Shown one piece after another: positions 46,664 through 59,336 of a DNA stretch of 64,000 bases (position 1 is its first letter; each line of letters starts with the position of its first letter). Source of the DNA: Trichodelitschia bisporula (taxonomy: Eukaryota); the NCBI GenBank assembly GCA_010356995.1, contig ML996687.1, positions 373,803 to 437,802 on the forward strand, given 5' to 3'. The notes below the pieces were generated by a model. The model had not been told where the DNA came from, did no database searches, and was given only the letters and a program-made list of their open reading frames with translations. The translations under genes were made by a program, and so were the position numbers.

Positions 46664-49600
46664 ATGGTCTTAATTGACAAGCAGGAATACATCAGCGAAG
46701 AGGAGCGCAGGTTGATTGAGGACCGCGAGCGCAAGCGGTACTGGAAAAAGTGGGGTCCTTATGTCGCTGAGCGTCAATGGGCTACCGGTGAGCCTCATGT
46801 CTCCGTGTTTATCTTTCCAGTTGCTGACAAGCTGCAGTCCGTGAAGACTACTCGTGAGTTTGGATACTGCTTTTATGACGGTCTAGAACTAGGGCTTTGC
46901 TGATTCACATGCAATAGGGCCGACGGCGATGCCTGGAGCCGTAAGTCGCCACATTCGTCTTGACGCCCGGGGCTGACAAGCGCAGACTTTTCCCATGATC
47001 AATCACGCAAGCGCGCCTATCGCTGGGGCGAAGATGGCATTGCTGGCGTCTCGGACTCCCACGGCTTCCAAAACATTGCATTTTCCTTCTGGAATGAGAA
47101 GGAGTAAGTTGCCTTCTGCTTGTTGTTTTGTCGTCGCTCACCACTCGCAGTGATTTCCTCAAGGAGCGCCTTTTTGGGCTTTCGAATCCGCAAGGCAACC
47201 ATGGCGAGTCTCTCAAAGAGGCCCACTTTCATCTTGACAACATCCCAACGGTAATTCCTTGCCATACCGCCGTTGCTCAACTGACAACCACAGCACTCCT
47301 ACATGAAATTCCTCTACAAGTACCCTCAGCGGAGGTTCCCTTACGAGGACCTAATCCGGGAAAACGCCCGTCGATCAAAACAGGATAAGGAGTACAACCT
47401 CATTGACACGGGCGTTTTCGATGACGACGCGTATTGGGACATCTTCATCGAAACCGCCAAGGAGGCCGAGGACCCAGATGAACTTCTGTTCCGAGTCACT
47501 GCCTACAACAGAGGATCTCAGCCTGCGCCGCTGCACATCGTCCCGCAGGTATGGTTCCGAAACACCTGGGCATGGGGCCGTGAGAAGCCGGAAAGCAAAC
47601 CGTCGCTGCGAGAGATCGGGCCGACAACCGTCCAAACCATGCATCATAAACTTGGGGAGCGCTACGTCGAATTGTCGCCGTCCCCTGGCATTGGCCCGAG
47701 CGGGGAGGATATTGAGCCGAAGCTCCTGTTCACTGACAACGATACAAACTACAAAGCGCTGGGCTGGGGTGCTAACAAAACACAATATGTCAAAGACGCG
47801 TTCCATCGTCACATATGCGACGACGAGGAGGACGCAGTGAATCCGGCCAAGGTCGGGACCAAGTTCGGCGCTTGGTATGCGTTCGATGAAGGGGATGGAG
47901 TTGCGCCAGGAGAATGCGCGGTCGTGCGGTTCCGGCTGTCGAAGCGCAACGATGAGTTCCTTGATGAAGAGCTATTTGACGACATCATGGAGCAGCGTCG
48001 ACATGATGCAGATGAGTTCTACTCTCACATCAGCCCACTCCCCATGGCAGATGATCTTCGCAATATTCAACGGCAAGCCTTCTCCGGGATGTTATGGTGC
48101 AAGCAGCACTACCACTTCATCTGGGACCACTGGGCAAACGGCGATCCCGGGATGCCACCGCCGCCTCCGGGACGGAAAGCGATTCGCAACCAGCACTGGA
48201 AGCACATGCACGCAGATGACATCCTCTCTATGCCAGATTCCTGGGAATACCCCTTCTTCGCTGCATGGGACTCGGCTTTCCATTGCATTCCCTTGTCGAT
48301 GATTGACCCCGAGTTCGCCAAAAAGCAGCTCGACTTGTTCACCAGGGAGTGGTATATGCACCCAAATGGCCAGCTCCCGGCCTACGAATGGAACTTCGGG
48401 GATGTCAATCCTCCTGTGCACGCTTGGTCGACTTTTCGGACATTCAAGATTGAGCGTAAAATGTACGGAAATGAGGACCTCGATTTCCTGGAACGCGTGT
48501 TCCAAAAGTTATTGCTCAACTTCACGTGGTGGGTGAACCGAAAGGACACCGAAGGCAAAAATGTGTTCGAAGGTGGCTTCTTAGGTCTGGACAATATCGG
48601 ACTGTTCAACCGATCTGACCCCCTACCCACTGGAGGCACTCTCGAACAAGCCGACAGCACAGGCTGGATGGGCTTTTACTGTCTCTCCATGATGAACATC
48701 GCCTTGGAGCTGGCCAAACATAGGCGGATCTACGAAGACATCGCCTCAAAGTTCTTCGAGCATTTCATCCTCATCAGCGATGCCATGCAGTACCGCTCGG
48801 GAGGCGAGGCTAAACCGCTTTGGAACGAGAAGGATGGCTTCTACTACGACGCGATATCGTGGGGTGGCCCATGGAGCACCCAAATGCCTGTTCGGTCCCT
48901 CGTCGGGTTGATTCCGCTCTACGCCACATGCACGCTGGAACCCGAAGTGATAAACAGGTTTCCATCCTTCAAGCGGCGCATGAACTGGTTCATCGAAAAC
49001 CGGTCGGAAATGGCCTCACGGAATCTCGCGAGTATGAAGCGGCGCGGCCAAGGTGACAGAGTGTTGTGCTCTCTGGTAAACGAGGACCGCTTGCGTAAGA
49101 TTCTCAAGCGCATGCTGGACGAGTCCGAATTCCTTGCCGATCACGGCATACGCTCACTGTCGCGGTATCATAAAGACCACCCATACTCCATGGACGTCAA
49201 TGGCCAGCGGTTCCAGGTAGGCTATGTTCCAGGAGATTCTGACAGTGGGTTGTTTGGTGGCAACAGCAATTGGCGAGGCCCAATCTGGCTTGCCGTGAAC
49301 TTCTTGCTTGTCGAGTCGTTGCAGCGCTTTTATATGTACTATGGCGATGACTTGAAAGTTGAATGTCCCACTGGATCCGGGGACGAGATGCACCTCGGGC
49401 ATGTCGCCGAGGAACTGCAACACCGCCTGACACACTTGTTTGTCCGAGGCGATGACGGCCGGCGTGCCATCAGCGCGGGTAATGACATGCTCGACTACGA
49501 TCCCAACTGGAAGGACTACCTATGGTATTACGAGTTCTTTGACGGCGATAGCGGGCGCGGGCTTGGGGCGAGCCATCAGTGTGGTTGGACCGGGCTTATT

Positions 49601-50043
49601 GCCAAAATGATCCACGACACTGGGTATGCACGACCGTATTGCTACGGTATCTGTTGCTAATCAGCTATAGTGTCAACTGTCGTCTCCCTCAGACCCCCAG
49701 AACGCCTTCGACGGCTGCGGCTCACTACTTTGATGACATGTGGTCTCGCAATAAGAAGGACAATCCACGACCGCTCCGCAGATCGTCGACCACTCGAAAC
49801 ATTGGGAATGGCCAGGTCCCCAACGGAGACGATGAGGAAAGCGACTTCAGGCGGACCAATTCCGTCGGCCACCTGGATGAAGAGGCACTCAAACATAAAG
49901 CAGAACTCGATGAGCATGTCGCGCGGTACGTGTCGGATCAGCTGAAACGGATACGGAGCCATGATTCGCACCTGTCTAGTGCTATTCAAGATGAGATTGA
50001 GGCGAAGCTTGACGGTACTTCTGAATTCGAAGTAGAACTGTGA
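46664..50043 (+). CDS. Glycoside hydrolase family 63-like (alpha/alpha)6 protein (YMR196W-like)
   Basis: [21 protein letters not shown] (across micro-exons), [57 protein letters not shown] and [12 protein letters not shown]. Confidence 0.92.
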
Positions 50044-50745
50044 GTAGGGTTTGTGCTTTGCTTAGATACCTAGACTGGATGCTTCTCTTCGGCGACTGTC
50101 TGGAGTATGGGCGCTTAGAACATGGTGGCATCCACTCACCTAGACTAGAACTAGAACTTCGACCCTCTCATGAGCGGTTGACGTCAAATTGTACTCCTTA
50201 GTTTTCCCCGTCTTGATCATTCGGCCTTTGGTACATATAATGAAGTTTTCTGCACAGTTGAAGGGAATGAGAAACCTTTCAAGTGCCGTTAGTCAGTACA
50301 TTGCAACTATTGATCCTGCGTGAACTGGCGTCCCCAATATCTCGCCTGCGTGTCGTCTGGACCCAGCGGCCTCCGTATAGTGGCGCAGGGTGGCGTTGCC
50401 GGGGGCTTGAGCGCCCATCATGACGTCTTGGCGAGTGTTTACAGTACACCCCACCTCCAAACATTCGGGGTGCTACCGTACTCGCTCATCTGCCACACAG
50501 CCTTTCTACCTGCCTCTCTTCAAACTTTCTCTGCTTCTTCATTTGTGCTTTGCTGTTTCTTGAGCCTTCACTTTGCTTACCTCCATACTGTCTTCATCAC
50601 CCCTCAACGTTCTTTTAGCGATTGATTGTTGCTCGTGAGTTGCCACTCATTCCGGACAACACATCCCACCATGATGCTAATCGTAATTCCGCGTAGACCT
50701 TTGTCTAAAGACGTGTTTGCCCGTGCAGACTAACTTGTCTTCGCC

Positions 50746-51907
50746 ATGACATCCTTCATTACCACAATGTCCGTCCCCACCTCTCTTTCAAGCTCCCCGC
50801 TTTGCTCCTCCTTCCCCTCCCCACCAAAAGCCTTAGCACCTGTCTTCACCAAGATGCAGCTAGAGACATGCACCGGTGTACGCTTCAGGCTACAATATCC
50901 TGCTGTTGAAAACATGGTTGATGAGCCTACGCCCTCGACACCACCTGGCGCTGATAGGAGAGACGGTTCTGAGCATGAGAACACAATCGTATATGGGGTA
51001 AAGCGCGTATTGCAAGCTGCATACAATAGCCCGTGGTCAGGTTTTCAAACCTTCTCTTCTGCGTTGTCCGGTCATTCCCGTGGAAACGAAGTACAATTGT
51101 TGATTCCTTACTAGCAACTCGCGTGCGCGTACGGCGGCATTCAAGCCCCAGAAAGGGGGCCAGCGCGGTACAACCAACTGGCAATTGAGGCAGTTTGCAG
51201 AGGCTACACTTGGTAGTGGCAGTCTAAAGAAAGCAGTGAAGCTGCCTGAAGGCGAAGACGAAGCCGAGTGGCTGGCGGTCAATGGTATGCCGCTGCCTTT
51301 GCATATTTGCATACGGGTTCTGTTCCATATTAACCGACCACCGCAGTTGTTGACTTCTACAACCAAATCAACTTGCTCTATGGATCCATCACAGAATTTT
51401 GTTCCCCGCAAAGCTGTCCGGAGATGAAGGCGACAGAGGAGTATGACGCCCCCGCATGTACTAGACGTTGCTAAGTGTCAAGGTTCGAGTACCTGTGGCA
51501 GGACAACGAGAACTACAAGAAGCCGACTAAAATGCCAGCCCCCGAGTACATCGAGCACCTGATGGCGTGGGTCCAGAGCAACATCGACAACGAGCAGATG
51601 TTCCCCAGCAGGATCGGTAAGCACTAGCGTTTTGCGCTTCTAATATCCATATTGACCGCTCGCAGGTGTGCCGTTTCCTCGGACGTTTCGCCCGCTTGTG
51701 CTGCAGATTTTCAAGCGCCTGTACCGAGTTTACGCCCACATCTACTGCCATCACTACCCAGTCGTCATCAACCTCGGTCTCGAGCCCCACCTCAACACGA
51801 GCTTCAAGCATTACGTCTTGTTTGTTGAGGAGCATGGGCTTGCCACAGGCCGCGACTTCTGGGGTCCTCTTGGTGATTTGGTGGAAAATATGCTGAAGAG
51901 CGAGTGA
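50746..51907 (+). CDS. MOB1: Mob1/phocein family kinase activator (Dbf2/Sid2 partner)
   Basis: [57 protein letters not shown] and [24 protein letters not shown]. First exon MTSFITT, intron 50769-51114, plus three short introns. Confidence 0.96.
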
Positions 51908-52850
51908 GCCCTCTTGGCAGGCCGCTTGAGTACTCCGCCGAAGGATCATCATGAGTCAGATATGTCATGAGCGCGAAGCGTGGGACATGGAGTTGAGGCG
52001 CAAGGCGGCGTCAAATGCGGTACAGACTCTGTCTTCATTTGTTCGGTTCGACGTCCCGAAGGCAGTGACTGGTTAATACGAGCAATGACATGGGATTGTC
52101 GATCCTCCGATTAAATCACTTGTGAACCCCGTGACAAGAAGGGTTGAAGGGTTGCAACTCATGAGTAAAGGGCGGAAGGGACGTACCCAATGGTGAAATG
52201 GCTTAGACCATAGACTCCGCGCCACTCCAACCGGTCACCGCCCAGGCAGACTTGATACCCTTCCCGTGATACGGTGAGTCTGTGATCCTGGACCATGTTG
52301 TACCGAAGTCTAAGCTACGGTCAATCTAAACAGATCTTTTATTAGCGGCAATTTGGAGCACTGTGTCCTGTGCGCACCATATTCTACGCCAATGATTTGG
52401 GAGAGAATAATGACAAGCCGGCCCTGAAGGGTTCGAGAAAAGCTTGCTAAATTCCGAGAGAAGTGGGGAAAGGTTGCTAAATTCATGGTTTAAATGGGAG
52501 CCTGCGGATCTCCCGGACAACCAACCAACCCGAGCTTTATGTCCATGCCCCTATACATAAGCACCATGACTAGACGCCCGGGTATCCTTGCCTTACTCAG
52601 GCTCCAGTGAATATACCTTGACCGCGTTTGGGAATCCTTGGTGACGGTGTCTGTCGGCATAGCCATGATGAAGTTGGTATAAGAGAGCAGCAGCGAAGCT
52701 CACAATGAACCATATCAACAAGCACTTCACACACTCTCACAGACCCAAGACACAGATCAAGAGCAAAACGCTCATCTTTCCCTCTACATCAACTGCACAA
52801 TCCAACTATCAATTGAATCCTACCACATTCAGCACGCCTCAAGCATTCTG

Positions 52851-53207
52851 ATGATCAGACGGACAACCACCAACAATCCTCCCGTCAACAGTCAGCCCAC
52901 AGACGACAGCGGGAAAAGCAACACAAGCAACGCAACCGTCATCGCACTTTCAATCGTCATCCCCTTCGTCCTCATCACCATCGGCCTCATGGCTTTCACT
53001 TTCCGCAAAGCCCTCTCCAAGCTGGTGCACGGCAGCAATGGCAACTCGAATGCACTGCGGGACATTGAGATACTTTCTCAAAGTGATGCAGGCTCGGTAA
53101 CCTCAGTCCAGAAGGCAAAGATGAAGCCAGCGAGGGAGCCCGTGAAAAAGCTGGACATGAACCGCGACGCGATGAACTTCAGCATGAGGTCCGGGGGTCT
53201 GTTGTAG
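52851..53207 (+). CDS. Small single-TM hypothetical protein (118 aa)
   Basis: TATA-like TATAAGA near 52678, C/A-rich leader, ATG, N/T/S-rich N-terminus with NxS/T sites, TM VIALSIVIPFVLITIGLMAFTF followed by RK. Confidence 0.55.
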   Translation: MIRRTTTNNPPVNSQPTDDSGKSNTSNATVIALSIVIPFVLITIGLMAFTFRKALSKLVHGSNGNSNALRDIEILSQSDAGSVTSVQKAKMKPAREPVKKLDMNRDAMNFSMRSGGLL

Positions 53208-53744
53208 ATGGATACACTGAAATGGATGGATTGAAGGAGCTGCATTGAACACGGGCTAGAATCAAGGAGGGACGGAATGGTTGATGTGATATTGGATATG
53301 GCGTCTACCACTTGGGTATCTGTTGAGCGCCTTTCGCTCCAGATGGGGGGATCGATGGCGTGTGGCGTTGAATGGTCCATTCCAAAGTCTTTCATGTCCA
53401 CTTTGGTATCTAGTACGAGTAATAACACATAAACATTGCGAGTGCTCTTGGGGATAGCTTCTCAATCAATCTTGGTGACTGCGAGCATCGCTAAGATCCT
53501 CTGTATGAATAGATGAAACTGGCAACTCATATCCGGTATTGTTCAGGTCCCTTAGATATGGAAAGGATTCAAGCGAGTTGGCTGTGTGCATACGTTGAGC
53601 CAATATAAAGTTCGTGGTGTGTGGCCGGGTAACAGCGAGCTGACATTAGGTGTGAAGCTAAGGTGAAGTGCCCCGCCACAAAGCCTGAAGCCTCTGAGAT
53701 CAAAGGCTTGGCATTTACAGCATTTCACGTGCTCAGATCCATTC

Positions 53745-53773
53745 ACGCGAACGCGTCGGTCTCGCGGCGCGTC
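53745..53773. promoter_or_regulatory. MCB (MluI cell-cycle box) cluster upstream of RFC5
   Basis: ACGCGA-ACGCGT (53751-53756) followed by further CGCG cores, 60-85 bp before the ATG of a DNA-replication gene. Confidence 0.6.
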
Positions 53774-53829
53774 ATTGCAGAGTACCACAAAGCACTTCCA
53801 CTTGCCGTCCGAACTCCACATACAGCACC

Positions 53830-55134
53830 ATGGCACTGCTTGTAGACAAACACCGGCCTCGGTCTCTTGACGCACTTACCTACCATGACGAGCTCTCCGA
53901 GCGACTGCGGGCTCTGGTAAGCCTTGAGGAAGAGAACCCGAACCAAAGAGTAACAGCATTGCAGGCACAAAACGGCGACTTCCCTCATCTCCTCGTGTAT
54001 GGGCCCTCCGGCGGAGGCAAGAAGACACGCGTAATTGCAACACTGAAAGAGCTCTATGGACCCGGAGTAGACAAGATCAAGATTGACGCTCGCGTCTTCC
54101 AGACAACATCGAACCGCAAACTCGAATTCAACATCGTCTCCTCCATATACCATCTTGAGATCACTCCCTCGGATGTGGGAAACTATGACCGAGTTGTGAT
54201 CCAGGACCTGCTTAAAGAGGTGGCGCAGACGCAGCAGGTCGATCAGAGCGCAAAACAGAAGTTTAAGGTCGTGGTCATCAATGAGGCGGATCACCTCACC
54301 AGAGACGCGCAGGCGGCACTGCGTCGGACAATGGAGAAGTACAGCCCCAACATGCGGTTGATTCTGCTCGCGAACTCGACCTCCAACATCATTGCACCGA
54401 TTCGGAGTCGTACGTTGCTTGTTCGGGTGGCTGCTCCCAGTGAGGAGGAAATATGCCAGGTGTTGGAAAGTGTTGGGGCCGCTGAGAAGCTCAAGCATGT
54501 CGATGCTCTGAACAAGAGAATCGCCCAAGAGAGTGGCCGGAACCTGCGGAGAGCACTGCTCATGTTTGAGGCGGTGTACGCTCAGAAGTATTTCTCTTCC
54601 CCGCTTCTTCCGGTCCGTTCCTCTGACATAGCTGCAGCGAGAATATCAATGCAAACACTTTGATCCCACCTCCGGACTGGGAGGCACTGATAGCACAGAT
54701 CGCAGATGAGATCATCCAGGAGCATACGCCAGCGAAGATCTTGCAGATTCGAGAGAAGATGTACGATTTGCTCTCCCACTGTATACCAGCCTCGACGATC
54801 ATCAAGGTATTACTGTAGCCCACGAGGTCTTCCCATAGCTAACCAGCCTATCAGACTCTCGCCTTTAAACTCGTTCCGAAGATTAGCGTCAACCTCAAGT
54901 CTGAAGTTATCAAGTGGTCGGCTTTTTATGACCATCGTATCAGGATGGGAAGCGTATGTTTCGCTCTGCCACTTAGAATTTCCCCCGCTAATGGCATCTA
55001 GAAAGTGATCTTTCATTTGGAGGCCTTTGTGGCCAAGGTCATGAGGATGTTAGAAAGGCAAGCCTAGCCCCCTTCGATTCCCTACCATTGCTGACGATAG
55101 ATGCTACAGCGAGGCGATGGGAATGTCCTATTAA
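53830..55134 (+). CDS. RFC5: Replication factor C subunit 5 (clamp loader; human RFC3 ortholog)
   Basis: MALLVDKHRPRSL, HLLVYGPSGGGKKT, EITPSDVGNYDR, VVINEAD, AQAALRRTMEKY, IRSR and VIFHLEAFVAK. Several short introns; last exon inferred through a GC-AG intron (...LESEAMGMSY*). Confidence 0.95.
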
Positions 55135-58100
55135 TACTTCATGCTAGTAAGGCGTTCGGAAAGGGAATCAACTAGGCCATTTTGTGGGTTGAGGACACGC
55201 CTATCTGCATCCACGTCATGGAGCCCCAATGGTTTCCGTAAGGGTTTAATGAACGCACGAATGGGAGTCCGAGGTACATATGCTATGTATCGTTCCTGAT
55301 CATGCTGAAAATAGTTCTGTGGCACCAGAAGCTTGCGTGCAATCCTTCGCTACTACCTCTTATGGATCATTCGCCGCCTCGTGGCCCGCTTTCAAGGACA
55401 AGGCTGTACACAAGGAAAACGATCTCCCTCTCACCATGATCACTGCGATTTTTTGTGCGACATTCAACTGCAGGTGGACCATGGCTATCTCGTAGCGGAG
55501 AGCTTCGACACTGCTGATAGGATGGTTTTGGAATTTTCGTAATTGGACGGATGAAGATATGGATGCATTGGTTCTGGACCTCTGTCGATTTGTTGTCGAG
55601 CTTGACGTCTGACTCGTCATTGGATCTGCAACTTCGCTTTGTAATGGACATCACCTAGACCATCGTATCTGACATATTCGTGATCGGTATCGCATACCTC
55701 TCCAGCTTCGCTGGCGGCCTTGCTAGCTGCATCCAAAATCTCGGAACGGATGCCGCACGCCGCCGAATCCTCATTTCGCATCGCGTTGAGACGCCTGCTA
55801 CCATCCGCAGGGATTCGCTGTCGGTTGAAGCTATCCAGCACAAGGGGTGCGGAACGAGCCGGTGCTTAAATTCACGGTTAGGGTTTCAACTGACAGCATC
55901 TGGGATCTGTTAGCTGATACTTCCCTCTAGCAGGTTTAGGTGCACATGGCAACCGGCATGTTCGTTGTCCGGATTAGGGCATCCTCCGAAGTACCATTGA
56001 CTGATTCCATTTGTGAAAATCTGTCTCTCGCGACGCCTGTGCCATGAACATTGCATGGCGGATGGCCTTTTTCGTTACTGCCATGCGGACATAGCTGGAT
56101 GGAAGGCACCACGCAGTTGATGCTCGGAAGAACCTAGGGCCATACCAGCAATCGGCAGGCTATTAGGAAAAGGTGAGTGCTTCCGGTTCACGCTCGGGAA
56201 GCCTGGCACTTTTTTGTCACCACCTCTCGCACGCACTCTAAGGTAGGATGCGACAGTGGATGGGCCGTTCCCGCCGGCGGCCGTTCCCTTCTCCGTTCTC
56301 TGTCTACCCACAGCCTTACTACGTACAACTCCCCTCGCCGCAAATACTGCCCTATCAAAGCCCCTTGTCCTCCCCACGAACCTCATCACATGCTACACAC
56401 GCCTTTGAGATCGGCATTGGGCCTGTACCAGCATACGTCCAGTCATTGTTCCAGATGTTAATGGGAAAGCGTCTACCAATAAGATTCGCAAGACATATAG
56501 TCATCAAGGTGAACCTAGGTTGCCTGTACGACTGAAGTCACGGAAGGCGATCATGGACATGACAGGGAACAGTATGAACTCCGCAGCTTTCGCCCATTCC
56601 TTGACCACGACTTTCGCTGCGAGACGGAGCAAAGGAAACATTATCAGCCGGGCGCCGTGGGCTCGGTGCTCCCGAACCCCTACCGCTCCCCGATTTAGCC
56701 ATTATGATGGTTTAGCTACGAAGTACTGCAATGGTTGGTGCCGAGCTACCAGTACGGTACGCGTCCCAACGTCGGGAGGCCGCTCAAACTGAAGAGTATG
56801 CCGAGGGCCTACCCGGTAAGTATCCACCTTGCTCTTGATTATCGACATCATGGACCGCTCCAACGATGGGCTTCACTCGAAAGGGATGACCTACCGATAT
56901 CGATGGGGGTCGAAAAGCCAGAAGCAGCTCATCTCAAGAAGCGGACGCGCATCGGTGAATGTTCGCGACCTGGGTCTTGCGCAAAAGCAATTTTTGATAC
57001 CGGTGACAAGGTTTAAAGTATACACACGCGTCCCGGTTGCCCCATTTTGCCCTGATATTCGAGACGATTGGTAATACCACTTCTTTGCAGGATCGAAAGT
57101 CGTACGAGAGCAATGCGAACGGCCTGCCGACCCTCATGAGAGATAGAAAGGTAACGAAAACTCTGTAATACTTGTGATAAAAATGCCAGGGCCGAGAGAT
57201 GTGAGACAAGGCCGTTTGCGGAACTTGATAGCAAGGGACGTGGTGAGAGAGGTACCGACTTATTTTCAAGACCTGTTCTAGGCGTGCAAGGTGAGGTAAT
57301 CGAATTTTTTTTATGCCATGGTTACGATAGTACAGTATCACTTGGATCAGTAGGTAGAAGGGAGTCTTCTGAAGGTTGAGATTGAGATGGTGGAGTAATT
57401 AGCGTTACCCCTCACTTTAAGCCACTCTTGCGCTCGGGCATAGAAAACGCCTGTGCCCCCGAACATCGTCGAGGGCCCAGCTATTTCGTGGGTCCCGTTC
57501 CGCAGTACCCCAACCAGGTAGAAGTTGTTTAGCTACGATATGGGTCTGCTTAGTTGCCCATAGCTTAATCTGATCTCGATCAACCGATTAACCGTACTGT
57601 AGTACTTTGAGCTCATTCCTTCCCGGTAATGCATATGTTTCTCTTCGACTAAAAGATGCAACAACCTACATACCCCTCAATGTGACATACTCTCCGACTC
57701 TCTATCGTAGGCTCGCAACCCTAGTTCAGCTCTGATGCTTCCCTGCACAGCAATCGAACCACGATTGGCACAGGTGATGATCGCGGTGGGAAGCAGACGA
57801 GGCGGGGAGGGATAGCATGTAGTTCTAGTATACAGTAGTATTATTGTATGAAGTAAGCGGTAAGGCTATGTAACTTTGGCTCATTGGCCTCTCGCAGAGC
57901 AAGGCGAGAAGTAAGGCAAAGCTCTTTATGCTGCACCCCCACATGGCCACTCAAGACGAATTCTACTCTGGGCTAGGGAGTTCCCATGTGCGGGGTGGAT
58001 CTTGTGTTCGAGAGCCGTGTACTTTTACCAATAAATGCAACCCTCCCCAAGCCCAACCAGCCGCCACCCGCTCACCTCTTACCCCCCACCTCCATCTTCA

Positions 58101-58466
58101 CCCCACCTTGAAGCTTAGTATCACCACGGAACTGAAGATACGCTCCTTTCAAGCATATCATTTCAACGTTAGTAGCTGGGCCTTTATAGTCTGGCTTAAG
58201 GAAGCCGAAGGTCTTCGAATTCTCAAGCAACATCGACCTCCCCAAGACCGCTTGTACCCCGCCGGCCGGTTCGCGTCCATTGCGCCTCTTTACTCGACGT
58301 CACAAGTCAGCTTTTTGCTCAGCAGCTCAGCATCTCGCCCGTGCTCTCCCTCACTCTTTCACCTTATCTTCCACTCCTTGTCCCGCACTTCAGATAGTCG
58401 TTTTTGCCTTCCCCAAACGCCATCGCACCGGAGATATTCTCGCAAATATCATTTCTGAAAAGAACA

Positions 58467-59336
58467 ATGCCGGTCTTTACGGGAGTCGGGCAAAACAAGC
58501 GCCAACACGCATTGACCATGTGGCTTTACGACAGAACCGACGTTCCGTTTAGCGAACGCAGCCAGAAGCTGGGGCTGGACCCTGAGGATCACACTCCCTA
58601 CCAACGAACAACAGCGGCATCTAATGCGTCATCAGTTCGTGCTTCTGTCGCAACATCTGCTGTATCTTCGGTCCATGCTTCTGTCGCAACATCGTCGGCG
58701 GAGACGCCAACAGTTGCGCGGTCAGCTGGGTCAGCACCGCACTCCCTCCCTTCTCTCACTTCGAGCCATTCTATGGTGGTCACACCCTCAATCCGGACCA
58801 GCCACGGTGTCCTCCCTCGCCACCGGGACATCAACGAAAATGGAGAGGTGTTGAGTGCGACAAGTTTAGCAGAAAGCTCTGTCCAAGGCCCGCTCTGTCT
58901 GATTGAAGCCGTGGAAACCGGCGACGAACAGATGGCTCCGTACGAGTGCCCCAATCGGAGCGCGCTGAAATGCGACTTTCACACCGGAGACCTCGAAACC
59001 CTGAAAACTCACACGCTAGCACACTTCTGCAAGGCACAGCTGCCTCGTCGCGCCAAATGTCCTTTCAGAGACTGTGGGGAAGTCTTCGAGACACGCGTGG
59101 AGGGATCCGCTCACAACAGAAGTGCCGCCGACGCCCTTCACGCTCGCACACGGCATGTCGTAAAACGGCATTATGAGGCAGGGGATCGTCTGAGCCGTGA
59201 GGCTTGGGACCATGATCTGGTGACTCACTTTTGGAAGGTGAACGTCATCAGCGACGATGAGTATGTCCGCACCACGTCGAAAGTAACCGGAAACATTGCG
59301 GTTCCGGAGCGCCGCAGAGGCAGAAGACTCAAATGA
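58467..59336 (+). CDS. Hypothetical protein with S/A-rich N-half and two atypical C2H2-like Zn-finger motifs
   Basis: Single-exon ORF with YECPNRSALKC..THTLAH and CPFRDC..HVVKRH, plus an internal 12-aa duplication SSVRASVATSAV/SSVHASVATSS. Confidence 0.6.
   Translation: MPVFTGVGQNKRQHALTMWLYDRTDVPFSERSQKLGLDPEDHTPYQRTTAASNASSVRASVATSAVSSVHASVATSSAETPTVARSAGSAPHSLPSLTSSHSMVVTPSIRTSHGVLPRHRDINENGEVLSATSLAESSVQGPLCLIEAVETGDEQMAPYECPNRSALKCDFHTGDLETLKTHTLAHFCKAQLPRRAKCPFRDCGEVFETRVEGSAHNRSAADALHARTRHVVKRHYEAGDRLSREAWDHDLVTHFWKVNVISDDEYVRTTSKVTGNIAVPERRRGRRLK

Noticed and set aside
30627..50043. Possible metabolic cluster (HMG-CoA lyase, Trp synthase, GH63, patatin)
   Set aside because: Unrelated housekeeping functions interleaved with trafficking genes; no backbone enzyme (PKS/NRPS/DMATS/terpene cyclase) or cluster regulator.
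55300..57400. Possible degenerate gene (intron-like 56172-56247 followed by a P/Y-rich ORF)
   Set aside because: The upstream exon has stops in all frames and there is no homology cue; cannot be supported.
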